NCBI GenBank assembly: GCA_002737315.1
Contig: NSIH01000002.1
Coordinates: 2,430 to 66,429 of the forward strand
Direction of reading: 5' to 3'
DNA length: 64,000 nucleotides
From: Flavobacteriales bacterium
Lineage (GTDB): Bacteria; Bacteroidota; Bacteroidia; Flavobacteriales; Schleiferiaceae
The notes below the pieces were generated by a model. It had not been told where the DNA came from, ran no database searches, and saw only the letters and a program-made list of their open reading frames with translations. Of this stretch, positions 10,467 through 18,422 are shown piece after piece. A program made the translations under genes and the position numbers. Every line of letters starts with the position of its first letter. Within the stretch, counting starts at the first letter, position 1.

Positions 10467-11801
10467 CTAGCGGGCCGAGAGCACGTCAAGCCTCCGGTAA
10501 AAGCGCCAAGTCATAGCCAGCGCAGCAATGCTGAGTCCGATAGCAAGGGCCGCCCAAACGCCCACGGCGCCCCAAGCAAAATAGGTCCCGAGAACCCACT
10601 CGAGCGGCAGCGCTACCACGTAGTAGGCCACAAAAGTGAAGACGGTGGGTATTTTCACGTCCTGAATTCCGCGCAACGCACCCAGGGCGGTGGCTTGCAT
10701 TCCGTCTGAAATTTGAAAGAGCGTCGCAACAATTAAAAGCTGGCCTGCCAGTCGGGCCACGTCAAGGTCGTCGGTGTACAGAAAGGGGAAGAGGCCGCGC
10801 CCAAAGAGAAAGAGCAGGCCGGTGAAGGTCATAAAAAGCACCGTCAAGCCAAAAAGACTGGTCGCTGCCTCACGGGCTGCTGCGTAGTTGCGCTGCCCCA
10901 GAAACTGCCCGATGCGAATGGTGGCGGCGGCTCCGAGCCCCGTAGCGGCCATGTAGCTAATGGACGCAAGGCTTATGGCCACCTGGTGCGCAGCCAGAGC
11001 GGTAGCGCCGTAGGTTCCAATGATCCAGGCAGACAAGGCAAAGGCCGAAACCTCAAAAATATACTGCAGGCCCGTAGGCACCCCGAGCTTGAGCAAGGCC
11101 CAAACCCGATACACCGTTAGGCGTGCGGCGGACCAAATCTCGAGGTCGATGAATCCGCGATGAAAGAGAAAAAAGTACATCGCCACAGCCATGTAAATGC
11201 GGGCGATTAGGGTTGCGATGCCGGCTCCGGCCATTCCCCACTCCGGGAACCCGAACCAACCATAAATGAGCAGTGCGTTGAGTACAATGTTGAGGCTGTT
11301 CCCGATTATGCTGATGCGCATCGGAATCTTGGTTTGGGCCATGCCCTCGAGGTACTGCTTGCCCGCCATAAATAGCATAAAGGGAACATAGCTGAGCGAA
11401 ACAATGAAGAAGTAGTCGCGGTAGGCGTCGATTACACGCGGGTCCTGCCCAGTTTGCTCGGCGCCCCAGGCCATGGCATAGGCTGCAAGGGTCATGAGCA
11501 CTGCGGCAGCAAGGTTGACTACTACGGCATTTTTGAGAAGCTGCTGGCCCTTGGCTCGGCGGCGTTGGCCGTAGGCCTGGGCCACCAGGGGAGTAAGCCC
11601 GTATGCCATACCTATTCCAAAAACAAGAGGAACCGACAGAATGCTGTTTGCCAGCGAAACGGCCGCGAGCGGAATGGTTCCGAGCCGACCCACCATGACG
11701 GAATCCGCTACCGAAGCGGCAATATGGCCTACCTGACCGGCGACCACAGGAAGCGCTAGCGGCGCGTTCTCGCGCCACTGTAGTCGTTTCCAAAAGTTCA
11801 T
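10467..11801 (-). CDS. MATE family efflux transporter
   Basis: 444 aa with about 12 predicted TM segments and a NorM-like N-terminus (LALPVVAGQVGHIAASVADSVMVGRLG). Confidence 0.8.
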   Translation of the reverse strand: MNFWKRLQWRENAPLALPVVAGQVGHIAASVADSVMVGRLGTIPLAAVSLANSILSVPLVFGIGMAYGLTPLVAQAYGQRRRAKGQQLLKNAVVVNLAAAVLMTLAAYAMAWGAEQTGQDPRVIDAYRDYFFIVSLSYVPFMLFMAGKQYLEGMAQTKIPMRISIIGNSLNIVLNALLIYGWFGFPEWGMAGAGIATLIARIYMAVAMYFFLFHRGFIDLEIWSAARLTVYRVWALLKLGVPTGLQYIFEVSAFALSAWIIGTYGATALAAHQVAISLASISYMAATGLGAAATIRIGQFLGQRNYAAAREAATSLFGLTVLFMTFTGLLFLFGRGLFPFLYTDDLDVARLAGQLLIVATLFQISDGMQATALGALRGIQDVKIPTVFTFVAYYVVALPLEWVLGTYFAWGAVGVWAALAIGLSIAALAMTWRFYRRLDVLSAR

Positions 11802-11804
11802 TGC

Positions 11805-12041
11805 CTAGTCTTCGAGCTCCTCGTACCGCTCTACTTCGCGCTGGTAAAAGACCTGAGCCTCGCCGAGCAACTTGGCCATTTCGTCGGTCAAGTCAGCCTC
11901 GTCTTCGCCGTCAACATCGTCGAGCCACTCAATCTCGTCGGTGTCTAGGTCCATTACAAAGCGGGGGAACTCCGTGTGAATAAGGAATACGCTCTCGGGA
12001 TGGTCGGTGTTGTCACCAACTAAAAACTTGGGTATGGCCAT
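11805..12041 (-). CDS. hypothetical small acidic protein
   Basis: 78-aa ORF, very D/E-rich in its C-terminal half, located 3 nt upstream of the MATE gene. I recognise no family. Confidence 0.45.
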   Translation of the reverse strand: MAIPKFLVGDNTDHPESVFLIHTEFPRFVMDLDTDEIEWLDDVDGEDEADLTDEMAKLLGEAQVFYQREVERYEELED

Positions 12042-12102
12042 GGCTGCAGATCGTTTGATGATTCCCCTCTAAGGTACGCCAGCAGCGCAGTACATTTAGC
12101 CT

Positions 12103-14262
12103 GTGAAGCTGCTTTTTTTTGCCCGCAAAAGCCTCTGGTCGCAACCCGGAGGCGACAGCGTTCAGGTCGAGCAAACCGCAGCTGCCTTAGTGCGACGCGG
12201 GCACCAGGCTGTCGTGGCGACCGAAGTTGGCGAATTCAAGCGCCTGCTAGCCAGCGAACCCTGGGACCTGATTCACTCGATTAACCTCGGCCGATGGGCG
12301 GACCAGATACCCTGCTTGTGGGCCCGAAAGCGCTACCCCGGGCTTCACTGGGTTGTGAGTAGCGTGCTGGTGGACTACCGATCCTACGATGCCCGCCGAT
12401 CGCCCTTGGCGGGGTTCATGCATCAGAACTGGCTTGAGGCAGGCAAAGCAATACTGCGGGCAATCCAGGGTCAGGATCGCTGGCCTGGTTGGGCGACGCT
12501 TCGCCCCCATCGCCTTGCACATGATCTTGCCTGGAACGCCGACGCTTTGGTGGCCACAACCGAGAAGGAGGCGGCTGAACTCCGCGCGCGATGGAACCTT
12601 GGAGCGAGCGTGCACGCCCTGCCTCCGGGGAGCGACCACCTGGAGCTCGTTCCACGCCCCCAAGGACAGCTTCGAAGGGGTTGGATGCTTCCTGCCCGCG
12701 TCGAAGGAATCAAAAACCAGGTTTTTGCCGTGGAATTATGGGGCGTATTGGCCAGCCTAGGATTCACCGAACCGCTTAGGCTTTATGGAGATGCCGCACC
12801 CAATCACGGTCGCTACCGCGATCGGCTTCTCAAAGCGATCAAGTCGGCCCGTGCGGCGGGCGCTGACGTTGAATGGAACCCCAGGCTGGAGCCGGACGCC
12901 CTGGCGGCAGCGTACGGCGAAGCGCGTGGCGTTCTGGTTCCCTCGCTGAGTGAAACCTATGGCCTCACTGTCGCAGAGGCACGACGCGCCGGATGCCAAG
13001 TGGTGGCCAGTCCTGGAGTTTTGGGTGCCCTGGAATGGGGCGACGAGGTCACCGTGGCTCCCCTTGAATTGAACGCGTGGCAAGCAGCCTTGCTAGCCGC
13101 AGACGCACAAGCAGACCTTGAATTGGGCTCGGAACGCGCCGGGGCACTGACCTGGGACCGCGCCGCCGAGCGCCTTGAGGCACTGTATGCCGGGCTTCGT
13201 GGCCGGGTTTATATCTCCGGCTCGCGCGGAATCCCCAACCGCTACGGTGGCTACGAAGAACTGGTCGACCATCTCGCCCGCGGCCTGTCGGCTAAAGGCT
13301 GGCGCGTGGACGTCGCTACTTCGTCGACCCACCCTGTGACCGAGTGGTCGCACCCAGGCATTCGCCGCCGAACACACCGCGACCCAGAACCCTGGATGGG
13401 TTCCGCCGGGCAATTCCTTTATGACCTGCTCAGCATTCGCGACGCAGCATCCCAGTTACCTGATGCCCACCTGAGTTTGGGCACCACCTCATCGGCACCC
13501 TGGCTGGCCATCAAACCCTTGCGCGGACGCGCTCCGCTCGCCCTGCACCTCGACGGCCTGGAATGGATGCGCGGGAAGTACGGACCGGCCGTACAGCGCT
13601 ACCTCAAGTGGGCCGAACGCAGCGCTGCTGGCGCCGCTGACCTGCTCCTGGCAGACCACCCCGAAATGGCCCGATATGCGGCCCGCTATCCCAAGCCCTG
13701 CTCTGAAATTGCCTACGGCGTCGACGATCCGAAGCCCGCCTTGGAACTGGACCCTTCTCTCAACCTCCAACCCGGTGAATACGCCTTAGTTATCGCGCGC
13801 CTCGTTCCCGAAAACCACGTTCGGATAGCAGCCGAAGCGCTTAGCTCCTTGGCTCCCGTGGTAGTCGTGGGGCCCTTCGACAACCCGGAGGGCCGTGCCC
13901 TTCAGAAGCTGCCCAACGTACATCTTTTGGGCGGCCAGTTCGACGCTGTCTTGCTCGGTAGCCTTCGCGCCCACTGCGGGCTCTACATCCACGGGCATTC
14001 GGCGGGCGGAACCAATCCCAGCCTCCTTCAAGCGATGGCCGCCGGCTGCGCAATTGCCGCGCACGACAACGCCTTTAATCGCGGAATTTTGGGCGATTCC
14101 GCCCATTATTTTACGGCCAAAGGGGCCCACGAAGCGCTCGCTACCGCCTGGACGCAGCGCGGAACCTTGCCCCGCGACCACCGTGCGACCCTCGACCGCG
14201 AATACCGCTGGCCGGTGGTCGTGGCGCAGTACGACACGGCGTTGAAGGGGCTTTTTGCTTAA
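12103..14262 (+). CDS. two-domain glycosyltransferase (GT4-like N-half fused to a DUF1972/GT1-like C-half)
   Basis: 719 aa. The first ~360 aa look like a GT4/GT1 enzyme (MKLLFFARKSLWSQPGGDS). From about aa 366, RVYISGSRGIPNRYGGYEELV resembles DUF1972-type glycosyltransferases. GTG start. Confidence 0.7.
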   Translation: MKLLFFARKSLWSQPGGDSVQVEQTAAALVRRGHQAVVATEVGEFKRLLASEPWDLIHSINLGRWADQIPCLWARKRYPGLHWVVSSVLVDYRSYDARRSPLAGFMHQNWLEAGKAILRAIQGQDRWPGWATLRPHRLAHDLAWNADALVATTEKEAAELRARWNLGASVHALPPGSDHLELVPRPQGQLRRGWMLPARVEGIKNQVFAVELWGVLASLGFTEPLRLYGDAAPNHGRYRDRLLKAIKSARAAGADVEWNPRLEPDALAAAYGEARGVLVPSLSETYGLTVAEARRAGCQVVASPGVLGALEWGDEVTVAPLELNAWQAALLAADAQADLELGSERAGALTWDRAAERLEALYAGLRGRVYISGSRGIPNRYGGYEELVDHLARGLSAKGWRVDVATSSTHPVTEWSHPGIRRRTHRDPEPWMGSAGQFLYDLLSIRDAASQLPDAHLSLGTTSSAPWLAIKPLRGRAPLALHLDGLEWMRGKYGPAVQRYLKWAERSAAGAADLLLADHPEMARYAARYPKPCSEIAYGVDDPKPALELDPSLNLQPGEYALVIARLVPENHVRIAAEALSSLAPVVVVGPFDNPEGRALQKLPNVHLLGGQFDAVLLGSLRAHCGLYIHGHSAGGTNPSLLQAMAAGCAIAAHDNAFNRGILGDSAHYFTAKGAHEALATAWTQRGTLPRDHRATLDREYRWPVVVAQYDTALKGLFA

Positions 14263-14271
14263 TTCAGGAAC

Positions 14272-15579
14272 TCACACCCAACCCCGCGCTCGAAGCAGCG
14301 TGGCCAGCATGATTTTAAGGTCGAGCAGAACGGACCAATGCTCGACGTAGTAAACGTCGGCCTTCACGCGCTCGGTCATGGCCGCTTGGTCGGCGAAGCC
14401 GTGCAGGCCGCGGGCTTGGGCTAGACCCGTGATTCCGGGACGAACCCAATGGCGGATTCCGTAGCCCCGAACCGCGTCGGCGTAGCGCTGTGTGTCGCTC
14501 GCCATGTGGGGCCGGGGGCCAACCAAACTCATGTCGCCGCGCAGCACGTTCCAGAGCTGGGGTAGTTCGTCAAGATGGCTTCGGCGCAGCCAAGGGTGCA
14601 GTACCCGCGCGTCGCCCGGAACCACTTGAAGGTCGGGGTCCGCCTGGTTGTCCATGCTGCGGAACTTCCAAATGGTAAACTTTTCGCCCCGGTAGCCGTA
14701 GCGCGTCTGCGAAAAAAGTAGGGGCCCGCGGCTGCCAAGGCTAACCCAGAGCGAAATCAAGGCCATTAAGGGCGTTAGGACTACTAATGCGAGCGCGGAA
14801 CCCAGCACGTCAAGGACCCGTTTGATTCCGGGAGCCCAGCCCGAAGCCAGTGGCTCGAGGCGCCAATCCAATAGAAGCACGTTGCCCAAGGAGGTCCACT
14901 GCGTGCGGGAGGCAGGAAGTGCTGCCAAGTCGGGCACGACGCGCAAGCGAAGTCCGCGCGTTTCGGCTGCATCGAGCTCAGCCAAAACCCGGTCGGGACT
15001 GAGCCAAAGCTCGGAGCACTGGGCATCAAGGTCATCGAGTCGGTCCACGGTACCCAGCCAACGGTAGCCGTAGTCGGGGCGATCTGCCAGCTCACGGGCA
15101 ATAAAACTCCACATGGGTGACTGGCCAAGTCCCTGCACGGCAACAAGGCCAATTCCGCGCCGAAACCTTTGGCGGCCTGCGTGAACCACTGCGACGCGCA
15201 GCAGGCCCCCCAAGACGAGGTAGGTCGAAAAGAATCCGACCAAAAAGACGCGGGAATAGACGTAGCTCTTGAGCGAAACCACCAAAAGCGCCGTCAAAGC
15301 CAGAAGCAAGCCCGTCTGGAGCAGAAAGCGAAGCAGCAGCAAGCGCAGCTCGACGCCAACCGACATGCGGTAGGGCTGGCCCACCCAACCGAGCAGAAGC
15401 CAAAAGATTCCGAGCCACTGCGCCAAGCGCAGGTAGTGGTCAAAATAGGAGGGGTTCTCGGCCTGAAGATCGCCAAAGCGAAGGGCCAGGCCCAGCCAAA
15501 ACAGGGCGGCAGCAAGGGCTCCGTCGGCGATGCGAAGTCCTAGTTCACGCTGGCGAGCAGTTTGGGAACGGTATTCCAT
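14272..15579 (-). CDS. polyprenyl-phosphate sugar phosphotransferase (WcaJ/EpsL-like initiating enzyme)
   Basis: 435 aa with an N-terminal TM block and the C-terminal bacterial sugar transferase motifs KFRSM and DELPQLWNVLRGDMSLVGPRP. Confidence 0.85.
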   Translation of the reverse strand: MEYRSQTARQRELGLRIADGALAAALFWLGLALRFGDLQAENPSYFDHYLRLAQWLGIFWLLLGWVGQPYRMSVGVELRLLLLRFLLQTGLLLALTALLVVSLKSYVYSRVFLVGFFSTYLVLGGLLRVAVVHAGRQRFRRGIGLVAVQGLGQSPMWSFIARELADRPDYGYRWLGTVDRLDDLDAQCSELWLSPDRVLAELDAAETRGLRLRVVPDLAALPASRTQWTSLGNVLLLDWRLEPLASGWAPGIKRVLDVLGSALALVVLTPLMALISLWVSLGSRGPLLFSQTRYGYRGEKFTIWKFRSMDNQADPDLQVVPGDARVLHPWLRRSHLDELPQLWNVLRGDMSLVGPRPHMASDTQRYADAVRGYGIRHWVRPGITGLAQARGLHGFADQAAMTERVKADVYYVEHWSVLLDLKIMLATLLRARGWV

Positions 15580-15600
15580 AGCTTCGGCGGAAGATAGCCC

Positions 15601-15608
15601 TATTTTTG
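15601..15608 (+). promoter_or_regulatory. Bacteroidota-type -7 promoter box TATTTTTG, 3 nt before the recG ATG
   Basis: Exact match to TAnnTTTG. The ATG is at 15612. Confidence 0.35.
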
Positions 15609-15611
15609 GGT

Positions 15612-17714
15612 ATGTCCTCGCGCTGGCTCGACACCTCCCTCGCCTACCTCAAAGGAATCGGTCCTTTGCGGGCGGAAACCCTTGCGGCGGACTTGGGCCT
15701 GCGGACCTTTGGCGACCTTCTGGCCCACTATCCCTACCGCTACATAGACCGCAGCGTAGTGCTTCGCATTCGCGACCTGCAGCCGGGGCCTGCGGAGGTT
15801 CAGGTGCGCGGACTCCTTACCGGGCTGCAAACCGTGGGAACGGGACCCAAGCGGCGGCTGACGGCCCGCCTGGTCGACGGCCCCGACGAGCTCGACCTTA
15901 TCTGGTTCAAAGGCCTGCGCTGGGTCGAGAAGGGGCTGACCCCGGGCGAAGAAGTAGTTGTTTTTGGGCGCGTTAGCGCATTCAACAAGGGACTCAATAT
16001 GGCTCACCCCGAAGTAGAACGGGCTGAAGGCCGTCCCATGGGCAGTGGCGGACTGACCCCCCTGTATTCTTCGACCGAAAAACTAGGATCCATGCAGCTG
16101 CACAGCCGCGGGCTGGCGGCAAAAATTGACTTGCTCCTGGAAGACCCTGCCCGAGACCGCAGCGACTGGATGCCCGAGGCCATGCGAGACGCTCAAAAGT
16201 GGCCGAAGCGGGATGAGGCCGTGCGGACCATGCACCACCCCGCAAGCAACCTTAGCCTAGCGGCATCGCGCAACCGACTGGCCTACGAAGAGCTCTTTCT
16301 CGACCAGTTGCTCTTTGCCTACCAGCGCATGCAGCAGGGCCGTGGACGAGCAGGACACCGCTTTGAAAGCGTAGGCAATTGCTTGAAGCGCTTCTACGAC
16401 GAAGTCCTACCCTTCCCCCTGACCGAAGCGCAGAAGCGCGTGGTGCGCGAAATTCGGCGCGACATGGGCTCGGGTGCTTCCATGAACCGCTTGGTGCAGG
16501 GCGACGTAGGATCGGGCAAAACGTTGGTGGCCTTCATGGCCATGCTCTTGGCCGTTGACAACGGGTTTCAGGCGGCGCTGATGGCACCGACTGAAATTCT
16601 AGCGCAGCAGCACGCGCGGTCGCTTGCGGAATGGACCGAGCCCCTGGGGCTTCGAATGGGACTTTTAACCGGCTCGGTTAAGGGGTCCGCCCGCAAAAAA
16701 CTGCTGGCGGAATTAGCCGAGGGCAGCCTGCACCTGTTGGTCGGAACGCATGCCTTGATCGAAGACCCGGTACTGTTTCACAACCTTGGGCTGGCGGTGG
16801 TCGACGAACAGCATCGCTTTGGAGTAGCCCAGCGGGCCAGGCTTCAGGCCAAAAACCACCCGGCGCCGCACATGCTGGTGATGACGGCCACGCCGATTCC
16901 GCGCACCCTGGCCATGAGCCTCTACGGAGACCTCGAGCAGTCGGTAATTGACGAGCTTCCGCCGGGCCGCAAACCGATTCAAACGCTGCACCGAACCGAT
17001 TCCAACCGGCTGGCGCTGTGGAGTTTCATGAAAAAAGAAATTGCTTTGGGGAGGCAGATTTACCTCGTCTACCCGCTGATCGAGGAATCCGAAAAACTCG
17101 ACTACAAAGATTTAATGGACGGCTACGAGAGCGTGTGCCGCGATTTTCCGCGGCCCGAGTACCAGGTCAGCATTGTGCACGGCCGCATGCGCCCCGAAGA
17201 CAAGGAATGGGAGATGGCTCGCTTTACCAAGGGCGAAACTCACATCATGGTGGCCACCACCGTAATTGAGGTCGGCGTGAACGTACCCAACGCCTCGGTA
17301 ATGGTGATCGAGAACGCAGAACGCTTCGGGCTCAGCCAGTTGCACCAACTGCGCGGACGGGTTGGTCGGGGAGCGGAGCAGTCCTACTGCGTACTCATGA
17401 CCTCAGAAAAGCTCAGCGACGACGGGCTGACCCGCATCGAAACCATGGTCCGCACCAACGACGGATTCGAAATTGCCGATGTGGACCTGCAGCTGCGCGG
17501 ACCAGGCGACCTCATGGGCACGCGCCAGTCTGGCGTGATGGAGTACAAACTGGCCAGCTTAGTACACGACGGTCCCTTGGTGGAATGGGCCCGTAGAGCC
17601 GCTGCGCGCATTGTGGAGGAAGATCCGCAGCTGGAGCAGCCGGAGCACGCTGCCCTACGCGCCCGATTCAGCGACTACGCTCGGGGCAGAATGGCCTGGG
17701 GGAGGATTGCCTAG
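15612..17714 (+). CDS. recG: ATP-dependent DNA helicase RecG
   Basis: About 700 aa. Wedge-domain N-terminus (YLKGIGPLRAETL) and helicase motifs GDVGSGKT, DEQHRFG and HQLRGRVGRG. Confidence 0.9.
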   Translation: MSSRWLDTSLAYLKGIGPLRAETLAADLGLRTFGDLLAHYPYRYIDRSVVLRIRDLQPGPAEVQVRGLLTGLQTVGTGPKRRLTARLVDGPDELDLIWFKGLRWVEKGLTPGEEVVVFGRVSAFNKGLNMAHPEVERAEGRPMGSGGLTPLYSSTEKLGSMQLHSRGLAAKIDLLLEDPARDRSDWMPEAMRDAQKWPKRDEAVRTMHHPASNLSLAASRNRLAYEELFLDQLLFAYQRMQQGRGRAGHRFESVGNCLKRFYDEVLPFPLTEAQKRVVREIRRDMGSGASMNRLVQGDVGSGKTLVAFMAMLLAVDNGFQAALMAPTEILAQQHARSLAEWTEPLGLRMGLLTGSVKGSARKKLLAELAEGSLHLLVGTHALIEDPVLFHNLGLAVVDEQHRFGVAQRARLQAKNHPAPHMLVMTATPIPRTLAMSLYGDLEQSVIDELPPGRKPIQTLHRTDSNRLALWSFMKKEIALGRQIYLVYPLIEESEKLDYKDLMDGYESVCRDFPRPEYQVSIVHGRMRPEDKEWEMARFTKGETHIMVATTVIEVGVNVPNASVMVIENAERFGLSQLHQLRGRVGRGAEQSYCVLMTSEKLSDDGLTRIETMVRTNDGFEIADVDLQLRGPGDLMGTRQSGVMEYKLASLVHDGPLVEWARRAAARIVEEDPQLEQPEHAALRARFSDYARGRMAWGRIA

Positions 17715-17761
17715 GCTTGACTTTTGTTTTGATGGTAGAATTCCTCGGGTCGCGGCTGGCC

Positions 17762-17769
17762 TATCTTTA
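17762..17769 (+). promoter_or_regulatory. -7-like box TATCTTTA, 4 nt before the ATG of the VTT/DedA-like gene
   Basis: 7/8 fit to TAnnTTTG (final A instead of G). The ATG is at 17774. Confidence 0.3.
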
Positions 17770-17773
17770 AGCA

Positions 17774-18403
17774 ATGAAGCTGCCGGTGCCCAAACCCAAG
17801 ATTCGACATTTTTGGAAGTCGGTGCACTTGACCCATCGGTTCTACCAAATCACTGGCGGATACCGATTTATGAGAGACGGAGTCAAGCAGCTCGCAGTGG
17901 CACTAGGGATTCTAATTGGGCTGCTTTGGTTAGTTAACACCTATTTTATTGATATTGAGGTTTTAAATCAACAATTCGCCAATGACGTTCATTGGAGCAT
18001 TGTTTATTTGGTTCTTTTTATCTCAGAAATCGTAATAGGAATTCTGCCCGCTGACTTATTTATAATTTGGAGTAAATCTCAGCCACAACCGTGGCTCAGT
18101 ATTTTAATTTTAGGATTGATTTCGTACACATCGGGGAATATTAGCTACTGGATCGGACGTCAATTGCATCGAAATGCTCGAATTCATCGGTGGGTTAACG
18201 TCAATCACGCCAAACTTTTTAACTCAATACGCCGCTTCGGAGGATTACTTGTTGTAGTCGCCGCATTAACGCCCCTGAGCTTTCCGGCAGCTAGTACGGT
18301 TGCTGGCATGGTCCAGTTTCCCGCAAAATGGTACCGAGTTTATGCTCTTTCCATTGTGGTCCGCTACTTTTTGTTCGCGGCAATAATTTTTGGTCTTGTC
18401 TAG
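17774..18403 (+). CDS. VTT/DedA-like (YqaA-type) membrane protein
   Basis: 209 aa with 4-5 TM segments and DedA/SNARE-associated-like sequence. Its central part has strongly atypical low GC. Confidence 0.55.
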   Translation: MKLPVPKPKIRHFWKSVHLTHRFYQITGGYRFMRDGVKQLAVALGILIGLLWLVNTYFIDIEVLNQQFANDVHWSIVYLVLFISEIVIGILPADLFIIWSKSQPQPWLSILILGLISYTSGNISYWIGRQLHRNARIHRWVNVNHAKLFNSIRRFGGLLVVVAALTPLSFPAASTVAGMVQFPAKWYRVYALSIVVRYFLFAAIIFGLV

Positions 18404-18410
18404 CAGAGAG

Positions 18411-18418
18411 TACTTTTG
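18411..18418 (+). promoter_or_regulatory. -7 promoter box TACTTTTG, 4 nt before the pheT ATG
   Basis: Exact TAnnTTTG. A TTTTTG ending at 18392 lies 18 nt upstream and could be the -33 element. The ATG is at 18423. Confidence 0.45.
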
Positions 18419-18422
18419 AGCC

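Noticed and set aside
11053-11793. 246-aa ORF on the same strand as the MATE transporter but in another frame
   Set aside because: It is extremely R/G/P/S-rich with no hydrophobic pattern or motif. The MATE frame explains the region.
10467-11801. MATE-like transporter, considered as a Wzx-type flippase for the neighbouring glycosyltransferase genes
   Set aside because: The sequence looks like a NorM-type MATE efflux pump rather than Wzx. It is on the opposite strand from, and separated from, the glycosyltransferase gene.
12113-12120. T8 homopolymer at codons 4-6 of the dual glycosyltransferase, considered as a slipped-strand phase-variation switch
   Set aside because: Equivalent 8-nt runs occur in core genes that should not phase-vary, such as the T8 in coaD (31564-31571) and the A8 in ftsH (34002-34009). 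The tract is therefore not distinctive, and 8 nt is short for efficient slippage.
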